This document shows positions 25,435-36,710 of a stretch of 64,000 nt of DNA, piece after piece (the first letter of the stretch is position 1; the number at the start of each line of letters is the position of its first letter). Origin of the DNA: Mustelus asterias (lineage: Eukaryota). The DNA lies in assembly GCF_964213995.1 (NCBI RefSeq), contig NC_135829.1, forward strand, positions 3,286,001-3,350,000, written 5' to 3'. The translations under genes and the position numbers were made by a program. The notes below the pieces were generated by a model, which did no database searches, was not told the origin of the DNA, and saw only the letters and a program-made list of their open reading frames with translations.

Positions 25435-25585
25435 CAATGTGGAGATGCCGGCGTTGGACTGGGGTAAACACAGTAAGAGTTTTAACAACACCAGGTTAAA
25501 GTCCAACAGGTTTATTTGGTAGCAAATACCATTTGCTACCAAATAAACCTGTTGGACTTTAACCTGGTGTTGTTAAAACTCTTAC
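25435..25585. mobile_element. Fold-back Penelope tail insertion forming a perfect 55-bp hairpin
   Basis: Arms 25473-25527 and 25531-25585 are exact reverse complements with loop ACC; TSD CATATTCAA at 25426-25434 and 25586-25594. Confidence 0.92.
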
Positions 25586-26049
25586 CATATTCAATGACCC
25601 AGCTTCCTCTGCTCTCCAGGGAAGAGAATTCCAAAGATTAACAATCTTCTGACAGAAGAAATTCCTCCTCATTGCCATCTAAAATAGGAAATGTACTATT
25701 TTTAAACTAGTTCCTGATTCACCCACGAGACAAAACATCCTCTCAGTATCTACCCTGTCAAGCCCCCTCAGAATCTTCTATGTTTCAATAAGATTGCCTC
25801 TCATTTTCCTAAACTTCAATTAGTATTGACCCAACCTGCTCAATCTCTTCTCATAAGACAAACCCCCTCATCCCAGGAATCAGCTAAATGAGTCATCTCC
25901 GAACTGCCTCCAATGCAGGTATGTCCTTCCTTAACTAAATAATACTCTAGATGTGGTCTCATCAATGGCTGTACAGTTGTAACAAGGCCTCCTTATTTTT
26001 ATACGCCTTTCCCCCTGCAATTAAGGCAAACATTCCATTTTCCTTTCCA

Positions 26050-28900
26050 ATTATTTTCTCTGGATTACTTCCAGTGCCCATACACGAGTATAGAAATGGG
26101 AGGAAAACCAGATGAATGATAAGGTGATGCAGAAGGGAGGATTTTAGATTTCTGGGACATTGGGATCAGCTCTGAAGGAGATGCCACCTACACAAGTCAG
26201 AAGGCTGTATCCTAAATAGAGCCAGCAGGAGTCTGGGAACCAGAAGGCATTAAAAGAGGAATAGCAATATGCACAGAACACTGGGAGAGACAAATAGCAC
26301 TAAAGTAGGAAATAGGTGGGTTCAGAGTAAAGGAGAAAGTGATGACATCGAAATCAGTGTTACCGTGCACGAATGTGAATGCACTAAGTGTGGTAAATAT
26401 TATTGGTGATTTGCAAGTGCTGATAGCCACATGAAAATATGATATTATAGTTATATCGGAGACCTGGTTTGAAGGAGGTCAGGGGTGGATGTTAAATATT
26501 CCTGGATACAAGGTGGTCAGGAAAGGTAAGAAAGGAAGGAAAGGAGGAGGGGTGACAATATTGATTAAGGAGAATATTGCTGCGTTGGAGACAGATGTCC
26601 CAAAGGGGTCAAGGACAGAATCTATTTACCGAGAACTAAAGAACAAAAAGTGCACAATTACTTTGCTCAGAGTAGTCTGTAGGCCACTAACTAGTGAGAT
26701 AGATGCTGAGCAACAAATCTGCAAGGAAATTACACGGAGTTTCAAGAATTATAGAGTATTTCTAATGGGGCAATTTAATTATCCAATTATAGACTGGGAT
26801 AGTAATAGCGCAAAAGGCAGAGGGCGTTACGAGTTTCTAGAGTGCGTTCAGAAGAGTTTCCCAAAGCTATATGTTTCCAGTCCAATGGAAAATGAGGCAT
26901 TGCTGGAACTGGCTCTTGGGTATTTATTTTGATTTAGAGTGTGCATAGCCACAAAGCCAAGCAACAACCATTTCAGTGGCCAGATGGTGTTCTTTCAACC
27001 TACTTTCAAATTTAGTCAGCGGACACACCTCAAGGTATGAGTCATTGCTTGGACTGAACCACAGATGCAGATTGGATGGTCTAGGTGACCCACTGATGTT
27101 GGATGGCTGCACAAAGGCCTTGGCCAGTCCAGGAATGGTTTAAAAGGGCCCACTGATGCCATGGGAGATCAAGGGCGGGTGGACAAGCAGTAGGATCTAC
27201 GACCAGAAAGTGGTGTTTGATTAATGCTGACACCCCCTGCCAATCCTCCTTCATAGTCCCTCAGCTGTTACTCCTCAGCGTGGTGGGTGTAATCATATGG
27301 AGTAGTGTGAAGGAAGGGCGACTGCTGGTGAGTTGAGGAGGTCATTGAACAAGAGCAGGCGTAGAATTTCTTCAGTAACCTGACTGTTGTAATTACCGTC
27401 CTGATTTGGGGGCAATGTTGCTCAGGACTGTGAGCCAGGGAAGCTGAGTTATTCCAAACTTACCTGTGATGATGTGCATTGTTGCAGATCGATATGTTTT
27501 GTATAGGCAGGCTGGCACCATACTGGGATGAAATATTCTGCAATTAAGTAGGTACTTCTTTGGAATGAGGTGGACCAAGTGGATGAAGTGTTAGTGGGGG
27601 AACATTTAAGGGACAACAATTATTGCATCATAAGATTTAGGACGGATATGGATTGTTCCTTGTCCTTTTCCAGAGAAAGATTAATTAACTGGTGGAAAGT
27701 CAAGTTCAACAAAATAAAGTGGAGTGAAGGTTGGCAGGAAAAGTGATAATTGAGCAATGGGCTGCCTTGAAAGAAGAGATGGTTCAAGCACAGTCAAGGT
27801 ACTGTCAGGAAGGAGAAAGCAAATCCTGAGCTTCCTGAATGACAAAAAGGATAAAATCTAGAAGAAAGCGTGTTTATGCCAAATGGGTGATACAACTGAG
27901 AACCAGGCTGAATGCAGGCGGCTCAGGGATGAAGTGAAAAAGCAAATAAGAGAAGCAGAGAGAGTGAGTAGGAGAAGAGAATGGTAGCCAATGTGAGAGA
28001 GTCCCAAAGTCTTCTGTAGGCATACAAGACTTGTAAAAAGAGAAGTGGGGCCAATTAGGGACCAAAAAGGAGATTTATGCAAGGAGGCAGGTCTTTACCA
28101 AGGAAGATGATGCTGTGCATGTCATGGTGAAAGAGGAGCTAGCTCAGATACCTGAAGGATTTAGGATTGATATGGTGGAGGTATTGGTTTGTCTGTCTGT
28201 ATGTGAAGTTGGTGAGACAGCAGAACCAGATGAGGTGCATCCAAGGATACTGAGGAGCTGAGAATGGAAATTGTGGAGGCACTGGCCATAATTTTGCAGT
28301 CTTCCTCAGACTCAGGGTGATGCCAGAGGACTGAAGAATTACAAATGATACACCCATCTTCCAAAAAAGTGTAAAGTTAAGCCCAGCAACTACTGGCCAG
28401 TCAGTTTAATTTCAGTTGTGGGAAGCTTCTAGAAACAATAATTTGGAAAATATTAACAGCCACTTGAGGAAACGTAGCTTCACTAAGGAAAACCAAAATA
28501 GATTTGTTAAGGGAAAATCTTGCTCAACTAACTTGAATTTTTTGATGAGGTAACAAACTGATAAGGTGCTGCCAATATGGGGTACATGGACTCGCAAAAG
28601 GCAGAATAGACTTAGAGCTCTGGAATAAAAGGGACAGTAGCTACATGGATACAAAACTGACTGAGTGAGAACAAACCAAGATGAGTGGTTAATGGATGTT
28701 TTACAGACTGGAAGAATGTTTATGGTAGAAATCCACAGGGATCGATATTTGGACCTCTGCTTTTCCTGATGTATAGACCTTGGTGAACAGGACAGAATTT
28801 CAAAATTTGCAGATTATACAAAACTTGGAAGCACTGCAAACTGTGGGGAGGATACTGAAGAAATTCAAAAAGACAGAGGATGGTGGAATGGGAGGATAGG
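26050..28900 (+). mobile_element. Old long CR1 remnant (ORF1 end, APE endonuclease, RT), interrupted by the Vingi-like insert
   Basis: ORF 26489-26932 LNIPGYKVVRK..GGGVTILIKE..GQFNYPIIDW (APE-like); downstream RT remnants. Confidence 0.88.
26921..27555 (-). mobile_element. Vingi/Ingi-clade non-LTR retrotransposon 3' fragment nested in a CR1
   Basis: With frameshifts it reads PALDLPWHQWALLNHSWTGQGLCAAIQHQW..PICICGSVQAMTH..EVCPLTKFESRLKEHHLATEMVVAWL, the C-terminal CCHC region typical of Vingi; short A-rich tail; degenerate ~8-bp TSD. Confidence 0.78.
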
Positions 28901-28904
28901 CGGC

Positions 28905-29448
28905 TTATCCGTTTTAATTGGGTTAACTGGGTTGGTTTAATTGGGTTGTTTCTGGGTTAACCATCAAACAAACTGATGGTGGGGCAGATTCCCTCTTCGA
29001 AGAGATGGGGCTCGTGGAGCGTTAAAGATCAAGGAGTCACCAGAGGGCACCCTGCTACTGGAAGTTCATTCAATTGTGTGCAAAAAATTGAGGGAAGGGA
29101 CTTTCTTTTAACATGGACACTGGAAGATTTACTCCTTTGAGCAGGGCAAGGAGAAGAGATCCTGTTGAAGCGAGGAGGAGATTAGAACTTTATATTCATG
29201 ACTATATTTCTGCTGAGAATGTGGTGCAAAGTGCAAAGTGACGTGGAGTTTTTGATTGTAAGTAGTTCATTGGAAGTAGCATTTCTGTACATGTGTATTA
29301 GTTGCCTACCAAGTAATGTTGAATCAAAGTTGATTCTGTTACGGTAAAAATCCTAAAACGTGAAACCTTGCCCTGTGATTCTTTGCGTCGGTAACTGGAA
29401 AATTAATCTTTTTTTAAAAGGGTTATCAGTGTTGATGGGGATTGTAAC
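28905..29448 (+). mobile_element. Possible LTR remnant
   Basis: Abruptly replaces CR1 sequence and ends in GGGATTGTAACA, an LTR-like terminus; no PBS or internal region seen. Confidence 0.35.
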
Positions 29449-29756
29449 ACTGTATTTTCACAATTGCCTCAAAGGGAACTTAGCTATAACTAAACAAGCT
29501 TTGCTCCATGGAAAAAATATTGAGAGTAAATTTCCTTTGGCTCTCGTTAGTATGCAGTATGAAACTTTGGGATTCATAACTATAAAGCAAGTTAAACTAT
29601 CGGATTCTGTGTATAAACAATTCCCTATTGTAATTGCATCAATTGAAGTTAGACACATGCAGATACAGGGCACCGATTGGATGGTTACATCCAATGAGCA
29701 CATACAAAGAGACACAAGTGTTGAGCAGAGTCAGGAGATATATATACCTGTAGGAT

Positions 29757-30753
29757 TCAGTGTTGGGGCCACAGCTGTTCTCTTTATATATTAACGATCT
29801 AGATGACGGGACTGGGAGCATTCTGGCCAAGTTTGCCGATGATACAAAGATAGGTGGAGGGGCAGGTAGTATTGAGGAGGTGGGGAGGCTGCAGAAAGAT
29901 TTAGACAGTTTAGGAGAGTGGTCCAAGAAGTGGCTGATGAAATTCAACGTGGGCAAGTGCGAGGTCGTACACTTTGGAAAAAAGAATAGAGGCATGGACT
30001 ATTTTCTAAACGGTGACAAAATTCATAATGCTAAAGTGCAAAGGGACTTGGGAGTCATAGTCCAGGATTCTCTAAAGGTAAACTTGCAGGTTGAGTCCGT
30101 AATTAAGAAAGCAAATGTAATGTTGTCATTTATCTCAAGAGGCTTGGAATACAAAAGCAGGGATGTACTTCTGAGGCTTTATAAAGCATTGGTTAGGCCC
30201 CATTTGGAGTACTGTGAGCAATTTTGGGCCCCACACCTCAGGAAGGACATACTGGCACTGGAGCGGGTCCAGCGGAGATTCACACGGATGATCCCAGGAA
30301 TGGTAAGCCTGACATACGATGAACGTCTGAGGATCGTGGGATTATATTCATTGGAGTTTAGGAGGTTGAGGGGAGATCTGATAGAAACTTACAAGATAAT
30401 GAACGGCTTAGATAGGATGGACGTAGGGAAGTTGTTTCCATTAACAGGGGAGACTAGGACGCGGGGGCACAGCCTTAGAATAAAAGGGAGTCACTTTAGA
30501 ACAGAGATGAGGAGAAATTTCTTCAGCCAGAGAGTGGTGGGTCTGTGGAATTCATTGCCACAGAGGGCTGTGGAGGCCGAGACGTTGAGCGTCTTCAAGA
30601 CAGAAATTGATAAATTCTTGATTTCTCGAGGAATTAAGGGCTATGGGGAGAGAGCGGGTAAATGGAGTTGAAATCAACCATGATTGAATGGTGGAGTGGA
30701 CTCGATGGGCCGAATGGCCTTACTTCCGCTCCTATGTCTTATGGTCTTATGGT
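29757..30753 (+). mobile_element. Young 5'-truncated CR1 LINE, uninterrupted 303-aa RT C-terminal ORF
   Basis: ORF 29760-30671 with GPQLFSLYINDL, KFADDTK and LVRPHLEYCxQFW; (TCTTATGG)n tail. Confidence 0.96.
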
Positions 30754-30882
30754 AATGTTACACTCTAAATAAGTCTATTCCAAAACTGGCTCTGGATTCT
30801 TCCCTCACCAACAGGCCACCTGTAGTGTAACACTCATCACAGAATAGATAACATACTGTTAATGCACTGCATTTTATATTAC

Positions 30883-30972
30883 CTCAGACAGTCTATAGGG
30901 CAGAATAAGTCTCTCGCCAACCGTCACAGTCTTCCTGGTAGTCAGTGCTTCAAACAGCGTCTCTTCTTTAAC
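30883..30972 (-). CDS. MYO9A: Myosin IXa exon (90 nt)
   Basis: tag|GTT...GAG|gtaata; [30 protein letters not shown]. Confidence 0.96.
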
Positions 30973-31596
30973 CTAATTAAAGAGCAATGCATTTCAAAGT
31001 AAGTGGTATTTCAGGAACTTTACTGTTAATCATACTTGGGTATTATTACAGCTTTGAAGTTCTTCGTGGTAAGTACTTCACTCAAATTTTGCAGTTTCAT
31101 CATGGATCAGGAGATATTTGGTAAATTTAGTTTTCTTTTCTGCAACTTACAACAGAGTTAAACTTTGTCTATCAATAATCAGTCAAAAACAGTTATACTG
31201 TAATCACAACCTCATGAAAATCATTTAGCTTACATCAATCCTCAATTCCTGCACGGAACATTTTTTCCGAGGGGCAAGAGATAAACAAACATATAACACT
31301 GAATGGTACCACTTGGGCAGTATGGTGGCACAGTGGTTAAGCACTGCTGTCTCACAGCGCCAGGGACAGAGGTTCAATTCCCAGCTTGGGTCACTGTTCT
31401 GTGGAGTCTGCACATTCTCCCCGTGGCTGCGTGGGTTTCCTGCGGGTGCTCTGGTTTCCTCCCACAGTCCAAAGGGCATGCTGGTTAGGTGCATTGGCCA
31501 TGCTAAATTCTCCCTCAGTGTACCTGAACAGGCGCCCGAGTGAGGCGACTAGGGGATTTTCAGTAACTTCATTGCAGTGTTAATGTAAGCCTACTT

Positions 31597-32166
31597 ATAG
31601 AATCAGAGGTTTACAGCATGGAAACAGGCTCTTGGGCCCAACTTGTCCATGCCGCCCTTATATTTTAACCCCTAAGCTAGTCCCAATTGCCGGCATTTGG
31701 CCAATATCCCTCTATACCCATCTTACCCAAGTAACTGTCTAAATGCTTTTTAAAAGACAAAATTGTACCCGCCTCTACTACTACCTCTGGCAGCTTGTTC
31801 CAGACACTCACCACCCTCTGTGAAAAAATTACCCCTCTGGACCCTTTTGTATCTCCCCCCCTCTCACCTTAAACCTATGCCCTCTAGTTTTAGACTCCCC
31901 TACCTTTGGGAAAAGATATTGACTATCTAGCAGATCTATGCCCCTCATTATTTTATAGACCTCTATAAGATCACCCCTCAGCATTCTATGCTCCAGAGAA
32001 AAAAGTCCCAGTCTATCCAGCCTCTCCTCATAACACAAACCATCAAGTCCCAGTAGCAACCTAGTAAATCTTTTCTGCACTCTTTCTAGTTTAATAATAT
32101 CCTTTCTATAATAGGGTGACGAGAACTGTACACAGTATTCCAAGTGTGGCCTTACCAATGTCTTGT
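31597..32166 (-). mobile_element. CR1 family A fragment inserted into a SINE tail
   Basis: ORF 31829-32158; the host SINE tail resumes at 32167 (TTGTGACACTAATAAA). Confidence 0.92.
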
Positions 32167-32766
32167 ATTTGTGACACTAATAAACTTGAAACTCTCGCTC
32201 AATTTCGGCCTCTTACCCATCTCCAATTTTAAAGGCTCCACAACTGGCAGCCATTGTTTGAGCCGCTCAGGTCCTGAGCTCCAGAATTCCCTCCTGAAAC
32301 TTCTCCACCTTCCCCTCCTCCTCTCAGACGTTCCTTCAAATCTACCTCTGGCCAAGCTTTAGGTCATCTATCCCAATATCTTGATGTAAAATCATGTCTA
32401 ATTATGCTTCCTGTGAAGTACATTGGAACGTTTTACCAAATTAAAAGTGCTACACAAATGTAAAGTGCAGCCCATTCTTTTTCAATCGTTACATGAATTA
32501 GGAATTGAACATTTAAGAGGGGAAAAACTGATTATGAGGTGTAGGTGAGGAAGGAACTCTGCAGACAAGGGCTGAGGTTTCAAAGCTTGGTTAAAAAGAT
32601 AAGTTGTTCCGATATAAGATTTTGGATTCTTCCTGACCAAAAATAAGGATGGTATCAACAGGACAGAATTACCTAGAAGTTCCAGTCAAAGGATTAGTTT
32701 TTTTGATTGGGGAATTGAAGTGATTATGATCCAACATTGAGTTAATAAAATAAAACATTGCACTAC

Positions 32767-32893
32767 CTCCAGAAGCTCTGAGACAATGGGCAACACCTCT
32801 GGGTTGCAGATGTCAACGGAATCATCCCGATAGGTCTTCTTTTTGTATTTTATATTCCCAAGGTGTAAAATTGCAGACAGAAGAGAAAATATC
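32767..32893 (-). CDS. MYO9A: Myosin IXa exon (127 nt)
   Basis: cag|G ATA...GAG|gtagtg; IFSLLSAILHLGNIKYKKKTYRDDSVDICNPEVLPIVSELLE (myosin ILHLGN motif); visible inside ORF 32686..33057. Confidence 0.97.
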
Positions 32894-34777
32894 CTGTAAT
32901 TAAAAATTAAAATCATTTTAATTGCAGTCAAGGCACTCATTATAGAAATCTGAAATTCCCTCCTGTGGAGTGCATATATATTTTTGAGTGAAGAAAATAT
33001 CCCATGACTAGACACATCTTTGAAAACATAAAATTCACAAGTGTAGAAAATCCCCATTTTTCAAGATGACTGCGCAATTGTACCCAAAGATACATTTCAG
33101 GCAAAAAAATCATTAGTCCAGCCAAAATAGCAAAAGCCTTCCCATGAGTTAGACAGAAAACTTATACAGGCACAATTTCAGAAAAAACACAACAAGGCAA
33201 CTCATCTAGTTACGATGCACTGTTCATCCATCAATTGCTTGATGCAATTGAACGAACAACATGTGTGACACTAATAAACCTCTTAAAACACATCATGAGA
33301 GTTAGCTTGAGCTTGAGATTGTGGTCGGTGCAGACTCGATGGGCCGAATGGCCTCTTTCTGTACTGTAGGGTTTCTATGATTTGAGCTTCAATGGGATGA
33401 ATAGTTTCCTCAGACTTCATTTTTCTCATGTTTGCTTGTAAAATTCTGTTTGTATTAGTGATGCCTGTTTGACCAGTTAAAAATTGCATTATTTAGAATC
33501 ATTGAATCCCCACAGTACAGGAGGCCATTCAGCCCATCGAGTCTGTACCGACCACAATCCCACCCAGGCCCTATTCCCGCAACCCCACGCATTTACCCTG
33601 CTAATCCCCCTGACACTAGAGTCAATTTAGCATGGCCAATCAACCTAACCCGCACATCTTTGGACTTATAGGTCCAAATATTGGATCTTATAGGTTCAAA
33701 GTGAACCCAAAACAAATTGCAAATATTATCAAATCACAGTCTACTTGTAAATTTACCAATGTAATGTGCAAGATGATAGAAACTGAAGGACTCCATTTAT
33801 TTCAAGGAAAGGAAAGGATGGATGGCATAGAATTCTTTAGTGCCTGGTATCAGATATTTCAGAGTACTTCACCACTGGCACCAAGTGTTTTAATTCCATT
33901 TCATATTCACACAAAGGCTGCATTAAATGTTAGAAAATTGACCAAAATAATTTGCACACATGGGGAATAAACAAAACCTGCGTTATTTACTATGACCCAT
34001 TGCTACCTGCCAGTATCCTCAAAATGCTATCAAAATAAAACCAATAACCACTGACAACTGTAGCAGCATTTCTGCACTACGTCTAAATCACAATTTCCCC
34101 TGGCCTATATTTACATTCCGTTATCACTGGGAGAATAGTAGTAGTATTTTATTTCTGCTCATGATTCTTTGCTGACTGTGTGACAAGTTATTTGTTCCAG
34201 TCAGGCACACTAAGCCTGGAAAACAGAATTCCTACAACTAGCATTCAATGTGCTGTAAGAGGATGCAGTTTATGCACATTATTACCAAAGTTCATATCTA
34301 TGCTTTGTTTGCACATCACTCCATCTCCTTTTCTACTGCAGCAAGTATTCAAACCGTGTTCTGCCTCCCCACCCCTCTTTTCTAAAGACAGTAAATTCAC
34401 AAATTCATTGTTCAGGTGATAATCCACCAGAGAAAACGTTTGGTTTCAGTCTTCCTACTTCAAAGGAACAAAACATTGGGCAGGTCCTACAATGGCCGAA
34501 TGCACTGAGTCTTTCCTGAAGTAATGTTTCAAAGACAATAGTTACCCTCTTCAGCAAGTGTCGATGAAAATCTCAACAGTGAGCAATACAGTATAGACCC
34601 TGGTACGAGGAGTGATCATATCATATAAGAGATGCAGCTTTTTGCAAGCAAAGGACTCTAGTCAAAATCACAATATCACATCATGTCTAATAATTTGGTA
34701 CAAAAAAACTCATCACTTTGTTTCTGCATTACACATTCATTCAGCATAGTTCTAACACTCCAGGTATCTCATCTCAC

Positions 34778-34878
34778 CGTTTCCGGGTCTTGGGAAGGAA
34801 TCCAACCATCTCCATTGCCAGTTGTAAGCGCTCAAAGTCATGCTTCAGGTCCTCCCCCTCCACTAAAAAACTATCCTC
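34778..34878 (-). CDS. MYO9A: Myosin IXa exon (101 nt, or 98 nt if the second AG is used)
   Basis: ttttctttttag|GAG GAT...AAA CG|gtgag; (E)[32 protein letters not shown](R). Confidence 0.96.
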
Positions 34879-36099
34879 CTAAAAAGAAAACCACTGTTAG
34901 GAACAATTTGTTTACGCAATCTTATCATTGATTTTCACCCAGCCTTCCCACCCAAGCACTTGCTCTTTACTGGAATAGTGTTTCAAAGGGACTTGTCAGC
35001 CTCTTATGCAAATGCCTACTCGTCAGATGAGAATCTCAACGTTGAGGATAACAGACTGTTTGGCTGCAGAGATCATTACAGCCAAATCCAATCCTGTCCC
35101 TGATCAACATCCATTGTGATAGACTTCCAGGAGAATCACCGACTAACAATCAGGAGTGAAAAATTTATTAATTGAGGAAATACACAAAATAAGTCCTAAG
35201 TGAGGAAAGTTTTGGCACCTATGGTACTCTACACATGAAGGCATGCTTCCTAATTATGGCACAAGTTGAGCAATTTACAAAGAGTGCTAAAATTACAGGT
35301 TCTCTAGCAGGTTATCGATCATAAAGATCACAGTCAGAGAAAAGAAACAGTACTGTAGGCTTTGTAAACGCCATATTCTTTCACTTCAATCTTACAAAAC
35401 TGTCTAAAGCCTGCCTCAACCAACACTCTCGTATTCACTCTTGCAATTCTTTTCTGCCAGACAAACCTTTGTGGTATTATGTTTCTTTTCAGGTTTGAAA
35501 AAATAAATTGGCATCTGTATAGCACCATTCATGACACTGGGACATATCAATCACTTTACAATCAAGTGGAGTCACTGTTGTAGGCAAACGAGGCAACCAA
35601 TTTGGGCACAGCACGGTCCCACATACAATAAGATAAATGGTCAGTTAACCTCATTTAACGAAGAGAATTAAATAATACATTATGGCCAGGAACACATCCC
35701 TGCTTCTCTGTGGATAATGCCACAGGGACTGATTGTGCCTTTGGACAGGGTGAGGAAGCTTTCCTCGCCAAAATGGATTATTTAATTCTTTTCATCAAGT
35801 GTAATGTAATGTTAGCACTCTTTGAAAGTTGCCTTTTTTTGGTGAGAAAAGGGAGTTCGGCGAGGAGGGCAAGGTGGTAATTCTTTGCTTTTCTAACTTT
35901 TTCACCCTGTAGGAATTGGTTTCGACTGTTCCATAGGGAAGGAGGCGAGTTGTTGATGAGTATTTTGGGGAATATTCAGCAAGTCGTCAAGGTTTATTTT
36001 ACGAAGGTTTAAATTTGTCCTGCAGTTTGTGACGAGATTAATTAATATCTAAAATAAAATAAACAATTGAATAAAATAATTAAGTAATTAGTTAAAGAT

Positions 36100-36710
36100 C
36101 ATAAGTATGGCTGGACAGGTAACATGTCAAGGCTACAGAATGTGGGAGCTCATGGATACCAATGTTACTCAGGGCAAGCATGTCTGCAGTAAGTGTCTGC
36201 GGCTTGAGGAGCTTTGGTTCAGAATCATTGAATGCAGGCTGAGCTGTGGATACTGCGACATATCAGGAAGCGAGAGAGTTACCTGGACGCTTTATTTCAA
36301 GAGGCAATCATACCCCTGAGGATCGAATCTTCTAGTTTGCAAAGTGGTCAGGGACAGAAGGGTGTGACTGCAGGTAAGGGGACCCAGAGGGCAGCAGCGC
36401 AGGAGTGTCGTTGTTCAACAGATGAGAGCTTGTTTGGATGCGGGTGTGGCTGTAGGGTGGATGAGCTGACTGGTCATGGCACTGTGGTACAGGAAGCCAT
36501 TCAAGTGAGGGAGAGCACATGAGAAGGTAGTGGTAATAGGGGACATTATAGTGAGGGGAAATGACATTGTTCGCTTTAGCAAGGAGTGAGAGTTGGCTAT
36601 ATTGCCTGCTCGGTGCCAGCATGCAGGACATCTGCTCCAGGCTAGAGAGAAACGTGCAGTGGGAGGGAGAAGATCCTGTTGCCGTGGTCCATGTAGGTAC
36701 CAACAACATA
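36100..36710 (+). mobile_element. CR1 ORF1 remnant (zinc finger/leucine zipper + start of SGNH esterase)
   Basis: MAGQVTCQGYRMWE...HVCSKCLRLEEL, followed by a VVIGDIIVRG-like motif near 36530. Confidence 0.75.

Noticed and set aside
32686-33057. 123-aa ORF as a stand-alone gene
   Set aside because: Only 32767-32893 is myosin-like and bounded by AG/GT; the rest is intron read-through.
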